A DNA stretch of 64,000 nt, taken from Rhizomicrobium sp. (GTDB lineage Bacteria; Pseudomonadota; Alphaproteobacteria; Micropepsales; Micropepsaceae). The number at the start of each line of letters is the position of its first letter. Positions within the stretch are counted from its first letter, which is position 1. The stretch covers positions 20,534-84,533 of the forward strand of contig DATCRK010000070.1 in assembly GCA_036569005.1 (NCBI GenBank). Reading direction: 5' to 3'. Below, piece by piece: positions 1-8,908 of this stretch. Under the pieces are notes generated by a model. The model made no database searches. It was given only the letters and a program-made list of their open reading frames with translations, and had not been told where the DNA came from. Both the position numbers and the translations under genes were made by a program.

Positions 1-121
1 GCGGCGGGCTTGCAGATTGTCCATGGCTCTCGCCCCATTTCGATGCGCTGTCTTAGACCCGATTGATCCTGCGCAACAACCCGCCGCCGGTGCGGGCGAA
101 TATGCGGGCAGCGAGGTACAC

Positions 122-781
122 ATGGCGGGTATCGTCTTTCATTCCATGGCCGAGAGCGCCTATCTGTGGACGGCGATGCTTGTCGCCCGCGAGAAAGGCG
201 TGCCCTTCGAATTCCAGGCGCTGGAATACCGCTCGCCGGCGCATCTGAAGCTGCATCCTTTCGGCAAGATGCCGGTGATGCAGCACGGCGATGTGTTTCT
301 CTACGAGACGGCAGCCATCGCGCACTACATCGACAAGGCTTTCGACGGCCCGGCGCTGCAGCCGGCCGATGCGCTCGGACAGGCAAACACGATCCGCTGG
401 ATCGGCATCGTGAATTCCTATGTATTTCCGGTGATGAACAAGCTGATGAAGGAGCGGCTGGTGAAAACGCTCTGGAACATCGCGCCGGACGCCGAGTTTC
501 TGCAATCCGCGCCGGAACAGATCGCCATCCAGATGAAGCTCATCGATGAGACGGTGCGTGGCGGGAAATACCTGACGGGCGACCACTACACGATCGCGGA
601 CAGCTTCCTGTTTCCGCATCTTCTGTTCTTCGGTCTGACGAAGGACGGCCATGCGCATCTGCGGGACGCAAGAGCCGCCGCCAACTGGCTGGCGCACATG
701 CAGGCGCGGCCGAGTTATGCCGCGACGCCTATGGCGCAAGCCTATGAAGCGATGCGCAATCTGCCCAACGCGGTGCAGTGA
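122..781 (+). CDS. glutathione S-transferase family protein
   Basis: ORF 17..781. GST-like N-domain (HPFGKMPVMQHGDVFLYETAAIAHYI) plus helical C-domain. The internal ATG at 122 (MAGIVFHS) is the preferred start. Confidence 0.8.
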   Translation: MAGIVFHSMAESAYLWTAMLVAREKGVPFEFQALEYRSPAHLKLHPFGKMPVMQHGDVFLYETAAIAHYIDKAFDGPALQPADALGQANTIRWIGIVNSYVFPVMNKLMKERLVKTLWNIAPDAEFLQSAPEQIAIQMKLIDETVRGGKYLTGDHYTIADSFLFPHLLFFGLTKDGHAHLRDARAAANWLAHMQARPSYAATPMAQAYEAMRNLPNAVQ

Positions 782-1516
782 TTACCAGGTGCCGCCGTCC
801 ACGCGGATGACCTGCCCCGTGACGTAGCTCGACGCATCGGAGGCGAGATAGAGTGCCGTGCCGACGATCTCGCGCGGTTCGCCGAAGCGCTTGAGGCCCA
901 GCGCCTGCTCGAACGCCTTGTTCTCGCGCCACACGGTGGAGACATCGGTGAGGAAAGGCCCGGGCGCGATGCAGTTCACGCGCACTTTCGGCGCATAGGC
1001 TTTGGCCAGCGATACCGTCATCGCGTTGATCGCGGCCTTCGCGCCGCCATAGGGAACGGTGTGGGGCTCCGGCTTGAACGATGCCGTGGAGGAGAAATTG
1101 ATGATCACGCCGCCATCGCCCTTGATCATGCGGTCACCGACGCAGACCGAAAGGCGGAACGGGCCTTTGAAATTCACGTCCACGACCTTGTCGAACAACG
1201 CCTCGCTGGTTTCGGCAAGCGATGGCGCCAGCGGTGACATGCCGGCGTTGTTCACCAGAATGTCCACACGGCCGAAATGTTTGTAGGCAGCCTCGGCGAG
1301 CTTGTCGTTGTCGTCCCACTTTCCGACATGCGCGGCGATGGGCAGCGCGCGGCGGCCGAGTTTCTCCACCTCCCGCGCAACCTCCTCGCAGGCTTCCAGC
1401 TTGCGCGATGCGATGACGACATCCGCACCCGCTTTCGCAAAGGCCAGCACCATCTCGCGCCCGAGGCCACGCGAGCCACCGGTGACGACGGCGATTTTGT
1501 TGGAGAGATCGGTCAT
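782..1516 (-). CDS. SDR family oxidoreductase
   Basis: Rossmann motif VVTGGSRGLG at the N-terminus, NNAG motif and YGGAK catalytic motif. 244 aa. Confidence 0.85.
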   Translation of the reverse strand: MTDLSNKIAVVTGGSRGLGREMVLAFAKAGADVVIASRKLEACEEVAREVEKLGRRALPIAAHVGKWDDNDKLAEAAYKHFGRVDILVNNAGMSPLAPSLAETSEALFDKVVDVNFKGPFRLSVCVGDRMIKGDGGVIINFSSTASFKPEPHTVPYGGAKAAINAMTVSLAKAYAPKVRVNCIAPGPFLTDVSTVWRENKAFEQALGLKRFGEPREIVGTALYLASDASSYVTGQVIRVDGGTW

Positions 1517-1532
1517 GGACGCATGCTCCGCT

Positions 1533-1700
1533 TGTCATCCCCGGCCGAGCGCAACGCGCGAGGGGAAGGGGACCCAGGTGGATAGAGTTTCTCTGTTGTG
1601 AGATTTGAAAGCGTTGGAGTGACTTCGGCAAGACCGAGGGTTGGCGCTACCTGGGTCCCCTTGACCTCACGTCACTTCGTGACGCTCGCCGGGGATGACA
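1533..1700. repeat. palindromic intergenic element, family A (TGTCATCCCCGG ... CCGGGGATGACA)
   Basis: Terminal inverted arms TGTCATCCCCGGCCGAGCG / CGCTCGCCGGGGATGACA and inner GGGGACCCAGGT / ACCTGGGTCCCC. Related copies at 5065..5167 and 8789..8893. Confidence 0.8.
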
Positions 1701-1702
1701 GG

Positions 1703-2827
1703 TCAGGAAGGCATCTGCGCCAGTCGTGACGCTTCCATCTCCGCGATGCGGTCCTTCGCCTTCAGCTTCACGCTTTCGCTCTTGAGCTGGCCGCAGGCGG
1801 CCATGATGTCGCGTCCGCGCGGGGTGCGGACGGGGGACGCGTAACCGGCGCGGTTCACGACTTCGGCGAACTTCTCGATCTGCTCCCAGTCCGAACACTC
1901 ATACGGCGCGCCGGGCCACGGGTTGAACGGGATGAGATTGATCTTCGCCGGAATGCCCTTCAGCAGCTTCACCAGCGCCTTCGCATCAGCCAGAGAGTCG
2001 TTCACGCCCTTCAGCATCACATATTCGAAGGTGATGCGGCGCGCGTTGGACGCGCTGGGATAGTTGCGGCAGGCGTCCAGCAATTCGGCGATCTTGTATT
2101 TCTTGTTCAGCGGCACGATCACGTCGCGGACTTCGTCGCGCACCGCGTGCAGCGAAATGGCGAGCGACGATCCGATCTCATCCCCTGCCCGCTGGATCAT
2201 CGGCACGACGCCGGCGGTGGAGAGCGTGACGCGGCGCTTGGAGAGCGCAAGGCCGTCGCCGTCCATGACGATGGCGAGCGCGGCTTTCACATTGTCGAAG
2301 TTATACAGCGGCTCGCCCATGCCCATCATCACGATGTTCGTGACCTTGCGGCCCGGCGCAGTGGACGGCCAGTCGCTCAAGCTGTCGCGCGCGACGAAAA
2401 GCTGGCCCAGGATTTCGGACGGCGTAAGATTGCGCACCATCTTCTGCGTGCCGGTGTGGCAGAAGCGGCAGTTCAGCGTGCAGCCGACCTGCGAAGACAC
2501 ACACAGCGTTCCGCGATCGCTTTCGGGGATATAGACCGCTTCATATTCCTGCCCGCCGGACCGCAGCAGCCATTTGCGTGTGCCGTCGTTTGAGATCTGT
2601 TCGGTGACGATCTCCGGCCGCGCCAAAGTGAACTTATCTTCGAGCAATGCGCGGAAATCCTTCGCCAGATTGGTCATCTGTGCGAAGTCGCGCGCGCCGT
2701 GGACGTAGATCCAGTTCCACAACTGCTTCACGCGCATGGAGACGGATTTGGACTCCACGCCCGCTTCGAGCAGCGCGGTCTTCATCTCTGTGGGAGAGAG
2801 GCCGAGAAGGTTGGTCTTGGCAGTCAT
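1703..2827 (-). CDS. rlmN: 23S rRNA/tRNA adenine-C2 methyltransferase RlmN (radical SAM)
   Basis: Radical-SAM cluster motif [27 protein letters not shown], and a C-terminal [11 protein letters not shown] typical of RlmN. 374 aa. Confidence 0.92.
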   Translation of the reverse strand: MTAKTNLLGLSPTEMKTALLEAGVESKSVSMRVKQLWNWIYVHGARDFAQMTNLAKDFRALLEDKFTLARPEIVTEQISNDGTRKWLLRSGGQEYEAVYIPESDRGTLCVSSQVGCTLNCRFCHTGTQKMVRNLTPSEILGQLFVARDSLSDWPSTAPGRKVTNIVMMGMGEPLYNFDNVKAALAIVMDGDGLALSKRRVTLSTAGVVPMIQRAGDEIGSSLAISLHAVRDEVRDVIVPLNKKYKIAELLDACRNYPSASNARRITFEYVMLKGVNDSLADAKALVKLLKGIPAKINLIPFNPWPGAPYECSDWEQIEKFAEVVNRAGYASPVRTPRGRDIMAACGQLKSESVKLKAKDRIAEMEASRLAQMPS

Positions 2828-2857
2828 TGCTTTCTATATAGCGCGATCATCATATTT

Positions 2858-2972
2858 TTTCTCCCCGTTTAAGGGGAGGTGAATCGGCGCGTCAGCGCCG
2901 AGACGAAGGGGCCATTCGCGAAAGGCGCCCCCCTCCACCGCTTCGCGGCCCCCCGTAAACGGGGGAGGAAAG
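2858..2972. repeat. triple-hairpin intergenic element, family B (CCCCGTTTA(C/A)GGGG type)
   Basis: CTCCCCGTTTAAGGGGAG ... GGCGCCCCCCTCC ... CCCCCCGTAAACGGGGGAGG. Same architecture as 9930..10057 and 62995..63112. Confidence 0.8.
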
Positions 2973-2977
2973 TTATT

Positions 2978-3499
2978 TCACATCCCGCATTCGGCGTGGA
3001 TCTTGTCGACGGCGTCGGAGACGCCGGCGAGCGAATAGGTATCGTGGGTCATCGTCCCGCGCTTGGAAACGCCGGTCACGATCATCTGCCCGTTCGAGCG
3101 CATGGCGGAAACGAGACGCGCTTCATCCTTCGGGTCTTTCATCCATGCGCCGCCCTGCCCGCCATCGTTCTTCGTGAAGAAGTCGTACTTGTCGGAACCG
3201 ACCTGCACGGTGACGGCGCTGCCGTCCTTGTACTGATAGCCGGGGTTCACCTGCGGCTCGGCCTTCGCCTTGCGCGACGGCCAGTCGGTGATGAGGAAGC
3301 CGATCGGATCGCGCTTGGCTTTCGCCGGCAGCGTCGTCTGCGGGCGGGCGATGGCGTAGCAGTATTTGCTCGCGCCGGTGCCGACAGAAAGCGCCGTCCA
3401 GTCCTTGAAGCTGCCGAGCGTCACAGGATTGTCCGCCAGCGCCGGCGTGGCGACGGCAAAAGCGGCAACGGAAAGAATCGCGAAGATGCGGCGTTTCAT
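2978..3499 (-). CDS. invasion-associated locus B (IalB)-like periplasmic protein
   Basis: Signal peptide MKRRIFAILSVAAFAVATPALA. FKDWTALS...YCYAIARP pattern typical of the IalB family. 173 aa. Confidence 0.7.
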   Translation of the reverse strand: MKRRIFAILSVAAFAVATPALADNPVTLGSFKDWTALSVGTGASKYCYAIARPQTTLPAKAKRDPIGFLITDWPSRKAKAEPQVNPGYQYKDGSAVTVQVGSDKYDFFTKNDGGQGGAWMKDPKDEARLVSAMRSNGQMIVTGVSKRGTMTHDTYSLAGVSDAVDKIHAECGM

Positions 3500-3649
3500 C
3501 GTGGTTCCAGACCCCTGAGGACTATCTTGTTCGGCGAGCGCTGATTCTGCTTGAGAATTCAGGCCTTAATATGTCGCGGGACGGCCGGAAGATAGGGGGT
3601 GCCGGGACCAAAAGTCCACGGGAAATCGGACCTTTCGGTTAAGGCAATG

Positions 3650-4270
3650 TCATGCGGCTTTGGCGCGCATGATCTCCTCCTCCACGTCCGGCAACGTGTT
3701 CTTGCCGAAGAAGATTTCGTTCCCGACAAGGAACGTGGGGCTGCCGAAGGCGCCGCGCGCGACGGCTTGTTCCGTGTTGTTCATCAGGCCCTGCTTCACC
3801 TCGGGCGTCTGCGCCGCGGTGATGAGTGCATCGGCATCAAGCCCCGACTCGGTGAGCGCGGCTTTGATGACCGCGGGATCGTCCATCTTTTTGGGCTCCT
3901 CCCACATGTGATGGAACACGGCGTCCACATAGCGCGGCAGGATACCCATCCGCTGCGCCGCCACCGCCATGCGCATGAGGGCGAGCGTGTTCACCGGGAA
4001 ATTCGGATTGAACTTGAAGGTGGTGATGTTGTGCTTCTTCACGAAGCGCTGCGACTCCAGCATCTCGTAGGGCATCTTGTTCTTGACGTTGCCGAAGGCG
4101 ATGGCCGGCGGCTGGTTGCCGGTGAGCTTGAAGATGCCGCCGAGGAGCACCGGAACATAGGTGAATTCCACGCCGGTGCGCGCTTCGATTTTCGGGATGA
4201 CCTTGTGCGCGTAATAGGCGTTGGGGCTTCCGAAGTCGAACAGGAAATCCACTTGCGGCGTCATCACCAT
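3650..4270 (-). CDS. 2-hydroxychromene-2-carboxylate isomerase / DsbA-family protein
   Basis: DFLFDFGSPNAYYA N-terminus and C-terminal GAFGSPTFLVGNEIFFG, typical of the HCCA isomerase family. Start overlaps the upstream SDR stop (ATGGTGATGA). Confidence 0.8.
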   Translation of the reverse strand: MVMTPQVDFLFDFGSPNAYYAHKVIPKIEARTGVEFTYVPVLLGGIFKLTGNQPPAIAFGNVKNKMPYEMLESQRFVKKHNITTFKFNPNFPVNTLALMRMAVAAQRMGILPRYVDAVFHHMWEEPKKMDDPAVIKAALTESGLDADALITAAQTPEVKQGLMNNTEQAVARGAFGSPTFLVGNEIFFGKNTLPDVEEEIMRAKAA

Positions 4271-5001
4271 TTCTCCCCGAATGGACGAATGTCGAGCTCA
4301 TGAGTCCAGCCATCACGCGGCTGGCTGTGCAGATACCAGTAGGCATCCGCGATGGAGTCCGGATCCATCAGCGTGTCTTCCGGAAGTTCATCCGGGTTGC
4401 GCCCGCCGGCCTTGATGCGCTCGCGCACAAAAGGGGTATCGACGCCGGAGTCGATGACGAGATGCGCAACGTGGATGTTCTTCGGCCCCATCTCGCGCGC
4501 CATACTTTGGGCCACGGCGCGCAAGCCGAACTTGGCGGAAGCGAACGCCGCATAACCGATGCCGCCGCGCATGCTCGCGGTCGCGCCGGTGAAGAGGATC
4601 GTACCCTTGCCATGCGGCAGCATCAGCCGCGCGGCTTCGCGGCCGGTGAGGAAGCCGCCGTAACACGCCATCTCCCACACTTTGCGGAACACGCGCTCGG
4701 TGGTTTCGAGGATCGGGAAATTCACGTTGGCGCCGACATTAAAGATGCACACCTCCAGCGGCGCATGCTTGTCGGCTTCGGCGAGGAAGGCCGTGACGTC
4801 TTCCTCTTTGCGCGCGTTCATGGCGCGCGTTTCGCAGGCGCCGCCCTTGGCTTCGATCTCGGATTTGAGCGTCTGGAGTTTGTCGGCCGTGCGGCGGCCG
4901 GCGAAGACGGTGTAGCCTTCGCGCGCAAAGCGTTTGGCGATAGCGGAGCCGATGTAATCGCCCGCGCCGATCACGGCGCAGGTGGCATTGCGTTGGACCA
5001 T
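4264..5001 (-). CDS. SDR family oxidoreductase
   Basis: VIGAGDYIGSAIAKRFAREG dinucleotide-binding motif and YAAFASAK catalytic motif. 245 aa. Confidence 0.8.
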   Translation of the reverse strand: MVQRNATCAVIGAGDYIGSAIAKRFAREGYTVFAGRRTADKLQTLKSEIEAKGGACETRAMNARKEEDVTAFLAEADKHAPLEVCIFNVGANVNFPILETTERVFRKVWEMACYGGFLTGREAARLMLPHGKGTILFTGATASMRGGIGYAAFASAKFGLRAVAQSMAREMGPKNIHVAHLVIDSGVDTPFVRERIKAGGRNPDELPEDTLMDPDSIADAYWYLHSQPRDGWTHELDIRPFGEKW

Positions 5002-5064
5002 AGGACCTCGCTTTCGGGCGTGGACAGTAGGTCTTGTTTTAAGACTGAGTCAATGACAACCTGC

Positions 5065-5167
5065 TGTCATCCTGGCCAAGCGATGCGGAAGCATCGCGCT
5101 GAGCCGGGACCCATTGCGCCGCTTGCGTGATGGGTCCCGGGTCTCGCTGCGCTCGCCCGGGATGACA
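5065..5167. repeat. palindromic intergenic element, family A
   Basis: TGTCATCCTGGCC...GAGCCGGGACCCAT ... ATGGGTCCCGGGTCTCGC...CCCGGGATGACA. Lies in the divergent SDR/hxlR promoter region. Confidence 0.8.
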
Positions 5168-5168
5168 G

Positions 5169-5642
5169 GTGGTGCAGATGCGTTGGAATTCCCTTGCAAG
5201 AGAACCCTGCTCTCTCGCCCGCTCCCTTGCAGTGGTCGGGGATCGGTGGACGTTGCTGGTGCTGCGCGAGGCGTTCCTGCGCACCCGGCGGTTCGATGAG
5301 TTCGAGGCCAAGCTGGGCATCGCGCGGCGCGTTCTTTCCGAGCGGCTGGCGCTGCTGGTGGATGAAGGCCTTCTGCAGAAGGTTGCATATCAGGATCATC
5401 CGCCACGCTACGAATACCGGCTGACGGACAAGGGGCTCGACCTCTATCCCGTCATCATCGGCCTCGTGCACTGGGGCGATAAGCACTACGCCGGGAAACG
5501 CGGCGCGCCGATGCTGCACACCCACAAGACCTGCGGCCACGATTTCACATCCGTGCTCACCTGCTCCGAATGCGGCGAGGTGCTGAGCGCGCGCGATGTC
5601 ACTGTGCGGCCCGGCCCGGGCGCGAAGAAACGCGCGGCGTGA
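5169..5642 (+). CDS. HxlR-family (winged-helix) transcriptional regulator
   Basis: CSLARSLAVVGDRWTLLVLREAF...RFDEF...GIARRVLSERL..L...GLL.KV...PPRYEYRLTDKG. GTG at 5169 or ATG at 5178. Confidence 0.85.
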   Translation: MVQMRWNSLAREPCSLARSLAVVGDRWTLLVLREAFLRTRRFDEFEAKLGIARRVLSERLALLVDEGLLQKVAYQDHPPRYEYRLTDKGLDLYPVIIGLVHWGDKHYAGKRGAPMLHTHKTCGHDFTSVLTCSECGEVLSARDVTVRPGPGAKKRAA

Positions 5643-5732
5643 CGTTACAAGCCGTTACGATCTTCACACAGACGTAACGCCACTGCGGCGGCAAACATCT
5701 ATAATCCGGCCCGATCCATCCGGAGGCCGCAC

Positions 5733-6113
5733 ATGGCGATCCAGTTCACCGGCATCGTTCCGATCCTGCGCATGTTCGATGTCGCGAAGGCGGACGAGTT
5801 CTATCTGGGCTTCCTGGGCTTCAAGGTGGATTGGGAGCATCGTTTCGACGACAACGCCCCGCTCTATCGCGGCATCTCGCGTGGCGATCTGATCCTGCAT
5901 CAGAGCGAGCATCACGGCGACGGCGTTCCGGGCCAGCACCTGCGGATCAACATGCAAGGCGTCGAGGAATATCAGAAAGAGCTGAGCGCGAAGAACTACC
6001 GCTACTATCGGCCCGGCGTGCAGAAGACCGAGTGGGGAACGCTGGAGATGAGCGTGACCGATCCGTTCGGCAACCGCATCTTCTTCAGCGAGCCGCTTCC
6101 CAAAGCGGGCTAG
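5733..6113 (+). CDS. VOC/glyoxalase-bleomycin resistance family protein
   Basis: IVPILRMFDVAKADEFYLGFLGFKVDWEHRF...HQSEHHGD...FGNRIFF. 126 aa. Confidence 0.8.
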   Translation: MAIQFTGIVPILRMFDVAKADEFYLGFLGFKVDWEHRFDDNAPLYRGISRGDLILHQSEHHGDGVPGQHLRINMQGVEEYQKELSAKNYRYYRPGVQKTEWGTLEMSVTDPFGNRIFFSEPLPKAG

Positions 6114-6601
6114 CTTTCTTCTTCCAGATTCAGCCGCATATGTGTGCTCGGGCCACCGGGATCGCCGGTGCTGTCATTCTCTTCGACAACCTGAAAGCCG
6201 AGCCGATCGTAGACGCGGCGTGCATGCGCGTTGGACCGATAGACGTTCAGCGTCAGATGATCGGCACCCGCTTCGTAAGCTTCGTCCGCGATCTCCTGCA
6301 TCAGCCCTGCGGCCAGTCCCTTGCCGCGCATCGCGGGCGCGATGGCGAAACGCGTGAGATGTGCGCGGCCGTGCCCCTTGTCGATGAGCTTGAACATCGC
6401 CTGCGGCGTATCGTCGGCATCCACCCACACCCAATGCCCGGCGGAGCGGAATTCGGACGAGAGCCATTCGACGGTGATGGGCTCAGGAATCTTCGGCCCC
6501 GCCCACATCACGGCATCGAGGTGCGACGAAAACCACGGAAAGATGAACACCGCGTCCGAAGTGCGCGCTTTGCGGCGCTCCAGGAACGGCGTCTCGTCCA
6601 C
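6110..6601 (-). CDS. GNAT family N-acetyltransferase
   Basis: Acetyl-CoA motif MRGKGLAAGLMQEI..EA and NAHARRVYDRLGFQ. 1-nt gap after the upstream permease stop. Confidence 0.8.
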   Translation of the reverse strand: MDETPFLERRKARTSDAVFIFPWFSSHLDAVMWAGPKIPEPITVEWLSSEFRSAGHWVWVDADDTPQAMFKLIDKGHGRAHLTRFAIAPAMRGKGLAAGLMQEIADEAYEAGADHLTLNVYRSNAHARRVYDRLGFQVVEENDSTGDPGGPSTHMRLNLEEES

Positions 6602-6602
6602 G

Positions 6603-7403
6603 TTATTCCCGGAGGCCGTAGCCGATCGAGAACAGCCGCCACGTCGCCACGCCCAGCACCGCGATCAGTCCCAGCGTGACGCCATAGCCGAGGAACGGCG
6701 GCGCTTCGTCGAAGCCGATCATGGAGTCACGCAAGCCGTTGATGAAGTAGAAGAACGGATTGGCGTAGGCCATCCATTTCAGCCATGGTGGAAGCATCGT
6801 GACGGTATTGAACACGCCGCCCACGAACGACAGGGGTGCGATGAAGAACACGTTGAGCATGGTCAGCTGCTCGAAATTGTTTGCCCACAACGCGATGATG
6901 ATCCCCAGCAGGCCGAAGATCACTGAAACCGCGATGATCCAGAACAGGAACTCGAAGATGTTGTTCATGTGCGTGGCGCCGAAGAGCATGCCGATAACGA
7001 GGATGCCCAGGGCCGTCACCACCGCGCGCACGATCGTCATGATCAGCGAGCCGATGATCATCTCGACATAGGACAACGGCGCGACCAGCGTCTCCTCGAT
7101 ATAGCGCAGGAAGCGCTGGAAATAGATCTGCGAGGTGGATTGCAGGAAGGCGGCGTTGACGATGTTCAGCATCAGCACGCCCGGCAGCACGAACTCAATA
7201 TAGTTATGCCCCGCGATCCGCGGCATGCGCGCGCCCACCACGAAACCGAAGATGAAGATAAACATCAGCGCCGAGATCCACGGGGCGAGGAACGCCTGAA
7301 TCGGCACGCGCCATACGCGGGACCATTCACGGCGGATGATCGTGCCGAGCCCGATCCAGTTGATGCCCATCTTGCGCGGCGAAGGAATGGCGACGTCGCT
7401 CAT
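6603..7403 (-). CDS. ABC-2 type transporter permease (YadH-like)
   Basis: Six predicted TM segments. Start MSDVAIPS at 7403 overlaps the ATPase stop (ATGA). The longer ORF to 7628 overlaps the ATPase gene and is rejected. Confidence 0.85.
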   Translation of the reverse strand: MSDVAIPSPRKMGINWIGLGTIIRREWSRVWRVPIQAFLAPWISALMFIFIFGFVVGARMPRIAGHNYIEFVLPGVLMLNIVNAAFLQSTSQIYFQRFLRYIEETLVAPLSYVEMIIGSLIMTIVRAVVTALGILVIGMLFGATHMNNIFEFLFWIIAVSVIFGLLGIIIALWANNFEQLTMLNVFFIAPLSFVGGVFNTVTMLPPWLKWMAYANPFFYFINGLRDSMIGFDEAPPFLGYGVTLGLIAVLGVATWRLFSIGYGLRE

Positions 7404-8155
7404 GCTGCACCTGCCGCAACGTGGTCGGCCTTGTGGCCGGTGGCTTCGAGATAGGCTTTTTCCAGCCCGCCGGGCACCGTGAAGAAGGTCTCCTTCGGAC
7501 CCTGCCGCACGATCTGCCCCTTCGCGATCACCGCGATGGTTTTGCAGAGCCGCTCGATCTCTTCCAGATAATGCGAGGTGAGCAGGATCGTCTTTCCTTC
7601 GGCATTCAGCTCCTGAAGATAGCGCCACAGATCGAGGCGCAGCTCGACGTCCACGCCCGCCGTCGGCTCATCGAGAATGAGCAGCTTGGGATCGTGTACC
7701 AGCGCGCGCGCCAGGATCACGCGGCGCTTCAGGCCGCCGGAGAGTTCGCGGAACTGCTTCTTGGCATGTTGCGTGAGATCGAAACGCTGGATCAGCATGT
7801 CCACGCGCGACTTGCGCTGTGCGGCGTTCATGCCGAAATAGCCGCCCATCCAGTCCACGATCTGCGTGACGGTGGCGAAGGTGTCGACGTTGAATTCCTG
7901 CGGGCTCAAACCGATCAGGCGGCGCGCCTCGCGGTAGTTCTTCACCGCGTCCACGCCGAAGATCTCGATCTTGCCGCTCGTCACGGTGGCGATGCCGGTG
8001 ATGCAGTGGATCGTGGTGGATTTGCCGGCGCCATTCGGCCCCAGGAAGCCGAAGAAGTCGCCGGGCTGCACCTGCATGGACAGGTCCTGCACCGCGACGG
8101 TGCCGGTGCGATAGGCCTTGCGCAGATGTTCGATGTTGATCGCGGGAACTGTCAT
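7400..8155 (-). CDS. ABC transporter ATP-binding protein (YadG-like)
   Basis: Walker A GPNGAGKST, signature LSGGLKRR, Walker B LLILDEPT. 251 aa. Confidence 0.9.
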   Translation of the reverse strand: MTVPAINIEHLRKAYRTGTVAVQDLSMQVQPGDFFGFLGPNGAGKSTTIHCITGIATVTSGKIEIFGVDAVKNYREARRLIGLSPQEFNVDTFATVTQIVDWMGGYFGMNAAQRKSRVDMLIQRFDLTQHAKKQFRELSGGLKRRVILARALVHDPKLLILDEPTAGVDVELRLDLWRYLQELNAEGKTILLTSHYLEEIERLCKTIAVIAKGQIVRQGPKETFFTVPGGLEKAYLEATGHKADHVAAGAA

Positions 8156-8241
8156 GAATCGGAAGGGGTGGAATTGCGGGATGCCTTACATAAGGGACGT
8201 CCGGCCCCTTTCAAAGCGGGCGCTACAAAATACCCCGCCCG

Positions 8242-8778
8242 TTACCGCCGCCGGTCCTTCACAATCGGCGCTCCCCACGTGTGCTGTGGGGGTATTTCCG
8301 CCTCCGGCCCGCCCGCACGGACCGGGCGCTGCGGGTAGCCGCCGAGGCTTATCAGCCTGTCATACATGACGATGGCGCCCGCCATCCCGACATTGATGGA
8401 GAATTTCATCGGGATCTTCACCGTGAAGTCGCAGCGGTTGAGCGTGGATTGCGACAGCGAATAGCGCTCTGCGCCGAACACATAGGCGGCCCGCGCGGGA
8501 TGCTTGAAGCGGGGAAGCTCGATCGCGTCCTCGGTGATCTCCACACCGACCAGCCGGCAACCTTGCGGCAGGCGCAGATCGGCGGCGGTGTCGAATTTGT
8601 AGAACGGGATGTGGCCGGCGGAGGCGGAAGTGTCCGCGAGCTTGATGTCGGCCATCTTCACCTGGCTGTCGATGCTGAAGAAGAAACTTGCTCCGAACGC
8701 GTGGCTAATGCGCATGAGATTGCCAAGGTTCATCGCCTTGGAAATCCCGTCCACGCCCACCGCGAAATAGCCGCGCAT
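8242..8778 (-). CDS. SpoU/TrmH-family RNA methyltransferase
   Basis: NLGNLMRISHAFGA, VFGAERYSLS and IPM..SINVGMAGAIVMYD motifs of the SPOUT family. Confidence 0.8.
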   Translation of the reverse strand: MRGYFAVGVDGISKAMNLGNLMRISHAFGASFFFSIDSQVKMADIKLADTSASAGHIPFYKFDTAADLRLPQGCRLVGVEITEDAIELPRFKHPARAAYVFGAERYSLSQSTLNRCDFTVKIPMKFSINVGMAGAIVMYDRLISLGGYPQRPVRAGGPEAEIPPQHTWGAPIVKDRRR

Positions 8779-8788
8779 CCAAACCTCC

Positions 8789-8893
8789 TGTCATCCCGGC
8801 CAGCGGAGCGAAGCGAAGCGCGAGCCGGGACCCATCGCGACAATTTCACGATGGGTCCCGGATTGAACGCTATCGCGTTCATCCGGGATGACA
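8789..8893. repeat. palindromic intergenic element, family A
   Basis: TGTCATCCCGGCC...GAGCCGGGACCCATCG ... CGATGGGTCCCGG...TCCGGGATGACA. Confidence 0.8.
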
Positions 8894-8908
8894 AGTATAG
8901 GTTTGGCC

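Noticed and set aside
2879-3544. ORFs that read through family B, A and C repeats, encoding PRKRGRK, SPVYGGGG, CHPGRA or MAGTSPAMT-like peptides. Examples are 2879..3544, 9956..10357, 62881..63195, 62978..63268, 8791..9324, 5050..5406 and 18778..19125.
   Set aside because: The similar peptides arise only because the same palindromic DNA repeat is translated. The ORFs overlap real genes on the other strand or lie in intergenic repeats.
6603-7628. N-terminally extended versions of several ORFs (6603..7628, 24328..25446, 24714..25925, 30671..33256, 33322..34746, 36478..37464, 40888..42624, 53251..54831, 16335..16967, 10398..11597).
   Set aside because: The extensions overlap upstream genes or repeats and are Arg/Pro-rich. 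Internal starts give RBS-preceded or stop-overlapping (ATGA/TAATG) starts and N-termini typical of the families.
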